NCBI GenBank assembly: GCA_003971905.1
Contig: RSEE01000038.1
Location: 434,001 to 498,000 of the forward strand
Origin: Moniliella sp. 'wahieum'
Taxonomy: Eukaryota
Direction: 5' to 3'
DNA length: 64,000 nucleotides
A program made the translations under genes and the position numbers. The notes beneath the pieces were generated by a model. That model was not told the origin of the DNA. It did not search any database and saw nothing but the letters and a program-made list of their open reading frames with translations. Of this stretch, positions 39,039-48,691 are shown piece after piece. Numbering within the stretch: the stretch's first letter is position 1; each line of letters begins with the position of its first letter.

Positions 39039-39757
39039 ATCCTAGGTCAGTGAGCGTGAGCGGGACCACGGTACTAAGAACATACGGGCAAAATGACTCA
39101 TCTGAGTCCCAAAATAGGATCTCAGCCTGGTGGGAGAACCACAAAAGGCAACGGACCCAGGGGCTGGTGAGCTTGATAGTAGTTGTTCTCCACTCCTGGT
39201 TAAGCTTCAACTAACAGCTTCCGCGTATACCCTCTGCCGCGCCATTTTCCTCACCACACAGTTGGATGTACTGAGCCCCACATGACTGCGTAGATAATGT
39301 ACATCGGGCAATAGGGCAGAGACGTGCCTTGCATATGATATAAGAGGCCGCAGGGGCTATGAGATGGGCCAAGTGAGCGTCGGAACGGGGCAGAGCAGGC
39401 TAGCCATCGACACAAGAGGATATAAAGACGTTGCCCGGCGTTTCCTCGCCGGATCGTTTATGCACAGGCGCGGGGCACCGACGACTGTCCCCCCCGGCGT
39501 GGGAACAGTGTTCCCGGGTGGGACGTTGGGGCGGCCACTGCGCCACACTGGTACTGCCACTGCACCGGCTCTCATCGGTCATGACGCGTGAGTGCTGGGT
39601 TATGGAGCGGCCCCAGACCCGATCCATGCACCACACCACCGTATTTTAACCTGGGCCCACGCGGTCCGCCCCCACCCCACGACCCCTGGTCCACCACCAC
39701 CACCACCACCACCACCGCTATTGCTACTGCGACTGCTATCGCCACAGCACGCTAGCC

Positions 39758-41576
39758 ATGGCCACCGCACCCAACGCTCTCATTCAGGCCTTGTCCGTCA
39801 CGTACACCGAAAACGGCGGCCTGACTCAGGCTTCGTCCCGGGATGCCCGTGTGGACTTGTTCTACGGTCAGAAGGACACCACTCGACGTCCAGCCGCGCG
39901 GGAACTCACGTTGGCCTCTTGGCAGGTGTCCCCCCTGGACACGCTCAAGCTCATTTTCTACGCATTGGACGTACGCGAGGGCAAGGCGATCAACAGGGTG
40001 GCGCTCTACGCTTTGCAAGCATTGTGGCCAGCCCATGCCAGTACGGTTCTGACGGCACTCAAGTGGGTGCCCAAATTTGGATGCTGGCGGGACCTGGCTA
40101 CGTTCCTTTCCTTGTTTCGACTGACGAGACCAGGTCGAAATGGACGGTATCGCCTCGACGAACAAGGCCAAGTTTGGGCGCAGGCGCCATCGGGATCCAC
40201 ACCGACGTGCGCGCCCTTATAACCCCAAATTGGTCGTCAAGTATAAGAAGATGTATGCTCAGATGCGCCTCAAGCCTATCCCACCCCCCGTGATGGAGGC
40301 GGTGGTGAACTTGTTTGCCACCCAGTTGGCCGAGGATTTGGCCTGTATGGTCGCTCAGTCGGCCAAGTCAGCTTAGCGGCCAAGTGGATGCCTTCGCAGG
40401 ACAAAAGCTTGGATAAGCAAACGGGGCTGTACGATGCGGTGGCCCTTAAGCTCTACAACCAAGTGGTGGAGAAAGACGACAAGGGGGATGTACTGCCTTC
40501 TTGTTTAATCAAGGCACGCAATCATCTCCGCCGAACGTATCTCAAGCCCCTCCGCGATCACCTGCACGTCGTCGAGGTCAGCATGTCCTCCCAAAAATGG
40601 GGGTCCATCAAGTACAATGCCGTTCCCTCAGTCTCGATGCAGCGTAATTTCGATTCGTTTATGACGCACGACCCCAAGCGGCTTGAGACCTATCTATTCG
40701 ATGTTGCTGGCGGGAAAGCCAAGGTGAATGTGCCGTGCTCAAGCCCCATACCATTGTCGAGGAGGCTGACCGCAGCTCTGATGATAAAACCCGCTAAGGA
40801 GGATGGTGTGCAACCTGCAATGGGACGCCCTGGTTCAGCACATCAAGTCAGCGGGCACACTCCCTTCGGCACTGGCTGTGGTGGATGTTTCGGGGAGCAT
40901 GATCGGGAGCCTATGGATGTCGCTTGTGCGCTCGGGCTTCTCTTGCTGAGATCACCGCCGAGCCATGGCACGGCCACGTTATCACCTTCAGTGAACGCCC
41001 CCAGTTCTTCCACATTGAGGGCAAGAATCTGACGGAACGATTAACCTCCATCCAAGACATGGACTGGGCCAGGTACACTGATTTTATCGCCGTGTTCACT
41101 ACCATTCTTGGCCGGGCTATCGCAAACAAGGTGCCTGCGGCAGACATGCCCAAGACTCTATTTGTCTTTAGCGACATGCAGTTTGACGAAGCTGGGGACG
41201 ACAACGTTCTGACTCATTTTGAAAAGATCGAGGAGATGTACAAACAGGCTGGGTACGAGCGGCCTCAACTCGTCTTTTGGAATTTGAACAACGATTCGGA
41301 ACTGGACAAGCAGGCACCCGTGACGATCAACGACGATGGCACAGCTCTGGTTTCGGGCTTCAGTGCCAACATGCTCAAACTGTTTCTCGAGGGTAAATCG
41401 CCCAAGGATTGGGTAATGGTCGAGACTGTGTCCGACGATGCCAAGGTGGATGCTGGGCAGAGAAAGAAGAGGGAACGAAGGTGGACAAGCCCCAGAAGCC
41501 CAAGATGGACCCGATGGCTATTGTGCGCAAAGCGATTGACGCTGAGCGGTTTGACGTACTCAAGGTCTTGGACTAG
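39758..41576 (+). CDS. DUF2828-family protein (helical N-terminal region plus vWA-like C-terminal domain), apparently intronless, frameshifted
   Basis: Family motifs YTENGG...RVDLFY, DTLKLIFYALDVREGK, FGCWRDL, SLAAKWMPS, LKPLRDHLHVVEVSMSSQKW..IKYNAVPSVSM, VVDVSGSM (MIDAS-like DxSxS), VITFSERP, TDFIAVF, LFVFSDMQFD, QLVFWNL and LVSGFSANMLKLFL. Confidence 0.88.
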
Positions 41577-42039
41577 ATACATGTGCCTGTCTTTGGCGCC
41601 GATACCCTACCACAGTTCATATCCCGCCGCCTTTCGCCTCTGCCACACGGCATCCCCTGACTAAATACTTACGTGTTTGACTCTTCCAAATTTAAGCCGG
41701 GGAACATACTTAGAGAACGCACTTGTACCACCTTAGCAAGCTAATCCGGCTTTTCCGCAGCTCACCCTCCCCAAATCATGAATAGGAGGCCAATGGCGCA
41801 GGATGTAGCGCGAATGGATACGGATTAACACGAGAACTGTGTTCCGGGGCGCTCCGGTTATCTCTGAGCCCCGCATGTTGTACACATCTCATCCAAACAC
41901 GCGTCAGTCCTGTTAGACTAGCAAAAGAGAGCCAGCGGACACCTTATCCTCGCTGCGGATACCATCCGCGGCCCGCCATGGTCGCATGGCTTAGAAATGA
42001 AGAAACGCAGGAGAAGCGGAAACGTGAAAATAATTGGCC

Positions 42040-42045
42040 AAAAAA
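42040..42045 (-). terminator. Pol III T6 terminator of tRNA-Ser
   Basis: TTTTTT on the minus strand, 3 nt after the discriminator base. Confidence 0.8.
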
Positions 42046-42048
42046 GAT

Positions 42049-42141
42049 CGACAATGACAGGACTCGAACCTGTGCAGCAAGCCTAATTGATGTTTCGAAA
42101 CTCATTCGAATCAATCCCCTTAACCGCTCGGGCACATTGCC
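42049..42141 (-). tRNA. tRNA-Ser(CGA) with a 13-nt intron
   Basis: Minus strand: acceptor GGCAATG/CATTGTC plus G73; D-arm CCC-GAGCGGTTAA-GGG; anticodon arm ATTGA-TTCGAA[TGAGTTTCGAAAC]A-TCAAT; variable arm; T-arm ACAGG-TTCGAGT-CCTGT. Confidence 0.93.
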
Positions 42142-42557
42142 TTGTGTCACCGACTTGGGGTTGTGTATACCAACAGAGAAAGCGTTAAACGTACTAGGGA
42201 CGATGGCACGGCCAGCCGCAACGCTGAAATAGCGTTCCTACTAATAGGCACAAGGGACTACCGGGCCGTCTGCTAGGTGTTCGCCCCAGCCTGCTCGCCA
42301 CCTTACTCACCGTGCCACCGTTCCACCGTTCCGCCGTTCCACGCTGGAGATGCAAATCTTATCATCGACGAGGGGGCCACCAGGTCTACGGCTAGTATTA
42401 CTGGCGAGATTTTCCCCTGATAATTGGCCCTCTCGCCTCGTGTTTCGCCTCGTGTTTCTTGTGCATGGTCCTCACTTCAAGTCTTCCCTTTGATTCGTTT
42501 CCTCCCCTTTATGCTGTTAGAACTGTTGGTCTTTCCTTTGTTCCCCTTCTCTTCTGC

Positions 42558-42646
42558 ATCCATATCTTTGATAGAGCTTTTAAGGCTGGGACAGGGGGGC
42601 CGCTACGTCTAAACCGAACCGTTCATCTTGCGGGGGTTACTTGGAA
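42558..42646 (+). repeat. Dispersed direct repeat, copy A
   Basis: TAAGGCTGGGACAG-N6-CGCTACGTCTAAACCGAACCGTTCATCTTG, with both blocks identical in copies B and C. Confidence 0.95.
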
Positions 42647-43216
42647 TATATCAAATCTGCCTGTTCTTAGATCCAATTGTGATCGCCCAAGCCGTCCACC
42701 GTTATATTCCCCTTCACCCTCATCTTCTAAACGAACACCACTCTCGAAGCACCACCTTTCCGATCAGTTCTCCGTGTCATTGTTTGGCTGATCTCACTCC
42801 CATTTCCAATTTCTTCGTCTCGAGGGTCTCGCTCTTTCCCTGTTTCTTCCACTTCGCACTATGTCATCTGTTCTTGCTTCTTCAGTCTGCACTAACAATT
42901 GCTACACCCCCTTGGCCTAGTCCAACTCTGGTCTGCCTCGCCTTAGCCCCGACTGTGACATTATCGTTCGTGGGGAAGAACAAGCAAGAACATAGGACAT
43001 GGTGCGAAGTGGAAGTAATCTGAGGGAAGGAGCGAGATCCCCAACTATGACACTCCGTGAGTCTTGTATCTGCCTGGGAAGCCGGCTACCCCGTTATATT
43101 AGCCAAGGATGCGGTTAACTACTGCACTATATTGAGAGTCTGGATGGGAGCATCAGTCAAATTTAGCTCCAGTACCCACACTGCCGCAAACGGGCCCGAC
43201 GCGGGCCTATAATAGA

Positions 43217-45394
43217 CTATCCGCCCACATCATCGCCGTATTCCCTCCCACCACATGTACCTGCGGCTATAGTGGCACCACATGTTCCAGGTATGCACGC
43301 GCCAACGTTGCCGCTACCCAGGGTCTCGCACGCAGGGTTACCGGGGTACATGCCCGAGCCTGATCCTGCGGTGATGCATGGGTCCGGGTAGTACGGAGCG
43401 TAGTAAGGCTTGTAGATTGGATAGATGCCCCACGCCAACGGAGGCGCTTCCGTCAACCCGCCCCGTTCCCGATTCTCGTCCGGTGAGGAGGTTAGCAGGC
43501 CGCGCTTGTGCAGTCTGCGTTGGGCCGCCTCTGCCTTGGACACAAGATGACGGTGGCGCATGGCTTCCTTGGAAACCCACTTCTTACCCCCCTCGCCCGG
43601 TACGGCGTCGTGGGCGGAGATGTGAGCGTTGCGGCCGGGATTGTCGTGGTGGATGGCAGGATTGGCATGGAGGGCGTCCGAATTTCTTCGCGCTATGGAC
43701 GCAGAAGACGAGGAAAACAAGAAGGCAGGGGAGATACGGGCATTCTCCCCTTCCCGCACCGCCTCGCATTACCAACAGGTGCACTCGGAGTAGGGTTGGC
43801 CATTGGTGATCTACTGTACTGTACTTCGAGGTGAACTCGAACGCATCGCTCAGATGACCCGAGGGTACCTTGTCCTTATGATTGATCATCTTACCCACAT
43901 GGTGATCATGTAGGAATCGTACCGCGCTGGCATGAGCTGGTGGGTGTGCCAAGCCAAGTCCACGTCCAGCGTCGGCACCGCCATATCCCCACGGTACATC
44001 TTGATGATTTGGAGAAAAATGGCGTACTTGTCAATCAACCGGGTCATTGTCTGCTCCAACGCGGGTGAATGCAGCCAATCAATTCGTCCATCTTGCGGAT
44101 AAAGGTACCTTGACGCAATACTGCTCCAACCAAATCCAGTCCAAACGGAGACGAATTTTCCCAGTAGCGCGACAGCATCGACCGAATACTGGTGCGTCGA
44201 ATTTCAGCCACTAGGTGGCTAACATATTGCTTGTTCCCTACACTCCAGAAACGGCAACGAGGCAAAGCTCCTTCCGATCGCGTTGCGCACATCGAGGATG
44301 GCAGTCTGGGGATTGGTCTTCAAGTCGAGTTGTTTCTCGACCCATGAGTTCTTCAGCAACATACGGCTTCCATACGTCTGGTAAATGGTCGTGCCCATGT
44401 CTTCACTAAAGGCCGGGCGACGGCCGTTAGACGGAATGATTGTGCCCGGCATCGCAACCCTTCCTGCGTGAGGTCCTGGTAATCCGCACGGAATTTGGCG
44501 ACACGCAGATTACCATGGGTGATGCGAAAGGAGCAGGTGCGGCAGGTGGTAACCCAGTTGGAATCTGTAAACCCTTCCTTCGCGTTGAACCACGGCTTTT
44601 CCAACTCGCCCAGTCGGCCGCCTGTGACCCACGGAACCTCTCTCAGGCGCTACAGCGGGGACACTTGATTCTCTTCCTTTCTTCTCTTCTTGGTTGCGCC
44701 ATGCACGGCCGGTGCGCGATTGAAAGTGCTCAGCCGCCTTGGCAGAGGGCAAGTAGTCGAGCGAGTCGTTGATGCAATTGTCAATCAGGGCCCATGGGAA
44801 CCCGGCGTACCAAACCTGCATGTGTCGCGTGCGGAGACAGTCTTCGAGGTAGTTGAGCGGATTGAGACAAAATGTGTGCCAAACCATCAAAACATCCAGC
44901 GGCGGCAACTTGTCCGGATGCCACACGGCGGGTCCGATGGCAACTTTGGGTTCTTCATCATTTCCGACATACCTGTACGGGATTCGATCAGGTCCAGAGT
45001 GATCAATGGCCCCGAAGAGCTAGGTAGGCAGTCAAACCAAAACCGCTCGAATCGATCCACGCTCGTACCAGATACACCGCCCAGCGCTTCTCCCTTACCA
45101 GCGCCAGCGCCTTGTTCCGATCGTCTTCGGTTTCAAAGTCGGCCAGCACGTCTTTATCCCACAGGCCAAACATGCCATCGGTATGGCCGATCGAATCGCG
45201 CAAATCGGCAAAAACAGCGAGCAGACGTAGATGGGCGACGCACTCGTCTGGTGTGACGGTTTGAGTAGTGTCGTCGTCAGAGATGGGGGGAAGGTGCGGG
45301 GTTTTATCGGCGAGTAGGCCGGTGGGGCCTCTCCCTCATCGGAGTCAGGCTGCGTGAACAGCGCCTTGGACTCTTTCTTGGTGTCGGACGACAT
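43217..45394 (-). pseudogene. DUF1399/GRDP-like (glycine-rich domain) protein gene, disrupted; pseudogene or assembly-damaged
   Basis: REKRWAVYLVRA, LPPLDVLMVWHTFCLNPLNYLEDC, GFPWALI, YWENSSPFGLDLVGAVLRQGTFIRKM, VPTLDVDLAWHTHQL, PYSECTCW*CEAVR, HISAHDAV and GACIPGTCGATIAAGTCGG. In-frame TAA at 43769-71 and TAG at 43811-13, plus frameshifts. Confidence 0.75.
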
Positions 45395-45701
45395 TGCCGC
45401 AGTAAAGAGATGTGGACAGGATCGATGGGGTTGAAGGTGTTGCGAGGGAGCTGTTGCTCTGGCCACAACAATGGCGATGAAGGCGGTGAGAGAGAGAAGA
45501 GCGCGGGAAAGTGGTGGGGACGGTGGCTGACTTCAAAGCCATATGTTTTCTTTTGGGCTGGAGTCTTGTAAAGGAAGCGGCGCAGGGCAACGGAGTGCCG
45601 CAGTTGTGGTGCCGGAGAATGCTGGTGCTCCCGATAGCGGCAGATTGCAGATGCGGTGAGCGAGCCAATAGGAGACAGGGTGAACGTACGCCTTCGACGA
45701 G

Positions 45702-45781
45702 GGGAGGAGGGCAGTGTAAGACCTTGTTGGTGGGAGGAGGGCAGTGTAAGACTTTGTGGGTGGAGGATGGGAGAGTGAGAC
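45702..45781. repeat. About 31-bp tandem repeat, 2.5 copies (GGGAGGAGGGCAGTGTAAGAC...)
   Basis: Two copies with an identical core and a degenerate third, upstream of the DUF1399 gene. Confidence 0.8.
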
Positions 45782-46278
45782 CCGCTATTTAATTATAGTA
45801 GCACGCGAAGGCGAGGAGGCTGTTGCGCTGAAGACGGAACGGAATTGGCCACTGGCCCGATGACTAGTAACTGATCACATTCACATGAATACTTGAGGCA
45901 AAAGATTGGGGAGAGATTGGGGTAGAGTGCGCAGGGTGTGCTGAGGGATGTCGATGCGGAGGGATGCGGAGGATGCGGAGGATCGCGGGAGATGCAGTGC
46001 CAGCAGCACACAGTGAGTATACCTGTGACTCGTTCCTATTCTACTACTAGGAACAACTGCGAGACTGTGCACAGCTCCTCGTTCGATATATAGATAGTTT
46101 TGTGCCCGCATTTTCCGCAACCTCAGGCCTCACAGGCCTCAGGTGAGGTCTCAGGCCTCAAGCTAGCGAGTGACGGCTTACTTTTGTAACATCGGTATAC
46201 CACTGAGTGAAGCATGATGCACACGATGCCCCATATCATAGTGGCTGCGATTGATGATCGAGATAAGCACGACTTCGA

Positions 46279-46518
46279 ATCCATATCATTGACAGAGCTT
46301 AAGGCTGGGACAGAGGGAACGCTACGTCTAAACCGAACCGTTCATCTTGCGGGGGTACGTAAGTTCCGAGGGAGGTGGGGTATATTCTGGCATGATAGTC
46401 TGCTAATATGCTCCGGTATATCTCTAGATCGCGTCCATTTCATTGGCAGAACTAAGGCTGGGACAGGGGAAACGCTACGTCTAAACCGAACCGTTCATCT
46501 TGTCCGGGTTACTTGGAA
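46279..46518 (+). repeat. Dispersed direct repeat, copies B (46279-46358) and C (46434-46518), 153 nt apart
   Basis: Same 14-nt and 30-nt invariant blocks as copy A. The two copies are separated by an intron-like GTACGT...GCTAAT...TAG segment (46355-46427). Confidence 0.95.
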
Positions 46519-47775
46519 GCGCCACCACTTAAAGGTCAGGGAACCAGGGGGATCGCCAGGATATCAGGGCCCTCCGGTGGTCGCCATCCGGTCCCGTACC
46601 CTAGTAGGAAGCGCGTGTGGACACGGATGAACGTCGCTGACATCCGAGCGAGGAGAACCATTTCCATTGAGACTTATAGTAGCCAAAAGCTCCCACAATG
46701 CGCAAGCAGCTTGCCCGCTGTCTTAGTGCCGTAGCATCCTCGCGTCGTCAAAACCAGGGGGAAAAACGGCTGTTGAGTGCGTCCCTGCGCTACTTGGCGT
46801 TCTTGTCGCATTCTGCTTGTTCAAGCAGCCGAAGCAGCTCCTTCTCCCGGCGTTCCAAGGGCGTCGCGGTGCTCTCATGCCCCCCCTCCCCTCGGGTACA
46901 CGCTCTGCGCCTCCTGCGATCCCGTGTCGCGCAGCGTGTTGTCTACCTCCATTCCTGATCCTCCGAGTGCTCCGGGCCCCATCATGCGATAATTGGTGCG
47001 CTGTCCCTCCGTCCGTGCCTCGTCCCATCCTCTTCCTCCACCATAGGTTTGTTGCGGACGTGGGTGTCGGGGATGGAGCGTATGAGCTGGAGAATGGGCT
47101 GCCCATGCTTCGTGCAACGCACCAGACTTGGCCTGGGTGAGGGTGCAAGACATGATGTGCTCCAGCGAGGACATGACATCGCACTTGCACACATGCTGCG
47201 CGTGGTGCGGCACAGCGTACGGAGCTGTGGAGACCAACCTGGACCTGCTGGTCAGAGAGCTTGAGGCACGGGCCTCTCTTTTATGAAGTGTAGATTCTCC
47301 ACAGAGAGAGCCGTAATGTGCGGGGACGCCTTTCCTCTCGTGGCTCTGCCATGCGCGGTCTGTCCTAACATATCTCTGCCTCCTCCGTCCCCAAGTTCCT
47401 CCTCAAGCAAGGTGTGCTGCACTGGTGTGGTCCGCCTCCACCTCTGAAGGTGGATCAAACGCACCTGATCCTATACCACATGTGGTATACAGTTGCACAC
47501 GCTCGAGTTTCCTCATCTTTCTCTCCGCTCTTCCTGCTGAGTTTTCCTGGGCCCTTTCTTCCTCCACGAGCGGGTTGTGGAGAGGCTGCGGGGAACATGT
47601 GAGCGTCCTGGATTGAATGTGCTGTGCAGAGTACCTCTTCGGACTGCTGCCACATTTTTCCGGGCTGACGCCATCGGCTTTTCCTAATAGGATATAGCGT
47701 CTGGGATTATCGATTACGTTCGATTAACGATTAACGATAATCGATTCCTTTTCCTCAAGGCACCAGGCGTAGTAG

Positions 47776-47847
47776 CCGTGCTCACTACCGTACCCACTGC
47801 CGTGCTCACTACCGTGTCAACTACCGTGTCAACTACCGTGTAAAATT
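47776..47847. repeat. 12-bp tandem array (CCGTG(CT/TC)(C/A)ACTA, 6 copies)
   Basis: CCGTGCTCACTA, CCGTACCCACTG, CCGTGCTCACTA, CCGTGTCAACTA twice, CCGTGTAAAATT. Confidence 0.9.
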
Positions 47848-48691
47848 AGTGCCATCATGCATGCATCATGCATCCTTCATCACCATCACCTGTGGCCTCG
47901 GGGCAATCGCTAAAACAGGATGTGAAGCCGTGGGACGTGTGAGGCCTGAGGGCAGGTGTGACATTGTGTGGACCTGGACAGTGTGACTTGTACTACTGGG
48001 AGACTGCCGCACTGCGGCTTAGTATGTTCATCCCTCGCCGTGCTCGGCCAAAGACTCTGGTGCGTCCAGCTTCCTGGGGAGTCGGGCGGCTATACTTCGG
48101 CCTTGTCGCCATGTCCACACCGAGCAAGGCTACCAGAGCACTGGGCAGGCAGCAGGCGTGACTGGTGACCCGGCGAGGACCGCACTGGGACCGATGATCG
48201 ATTCGATGAGGACGCTGGCCAGCCGCGTGGCTGTCAAATCGATCAGAGATGCATATTGCATGGCGCACTTAAAAGAAACGCCCAAAGCCTGCTGGAGCAG
48301 GCCAGGTGGCTGGGGCGCCGCGTGACGCGTGACGCGTGACGGCTGAGTGACTGGGCGAGTGGGCCTTAAATTATTGCGCGAGGGGGATGGTGCTGTACTG
48401 CGATGCAGTGCCCGGCAAAAATTTCCCCGCGTCTGCCGTGGCCCTCCGCTGCCGTTCGCTTCGTCTGGCCTGCTCTACCTCGCCTCTTCTCATCTCATCT
48501 CATCTTGTCGCCGTGTGCATTTTCATTTGCGTTGCTTGCTCGTCGGATCGGCGGTCCTGCGCATCGCACATGGCCATCGCAGACGCAGGCCCAGCGATGG
48601 TGGGGGAGTATAAGCCCTCCACGCCCCACCGCATCCGCCCACTGGATCCCGCACCAACACACTTCTCATCTTGTGCGCTAGCAGGTCAGCC

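Noticed and set aside
39027..39077. 5S rRNA fragment (ACCACGGAATCCTAGGT, GGGACCACG)
   Set aside because: Short matches in the wrong order that are explained by the local CCGTG/CACGG repeat.
42049..42141. Selenocysteine or suppressor tRNA
   Set aside because: The anticodon reads CGA (Ser) once the canonical 37/38 intron is removed, and the acceptor stem is 7 bp. The slightly short variable arm may be an assembly indel.
42604..42615. C/D snoRNA guide (GTCTAAACC is complementary to LSU rRNA GGUUUAGAC)
   Set aside because: Only 9 nt of complementarity and no correctly placed C or D boxes.
42558..46518. CRISPR array or HDV-like ribozyme reading of the three-copy repeat (its reverse strand contains GTCCCAGCCT, as in the HDV ribozyme)
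   Set aside because: Eukaryotic context, irregular spacing and no cas genes. The HDV P3 partner, P1 helix and catalytic J4/2 segment are not present.
46700..47660. Protein-coding gene between repeat copy C and the 12-bp array
   Set aside because: Only short ORFs on both strands with no recognisable motif. I cannot support a gene model.
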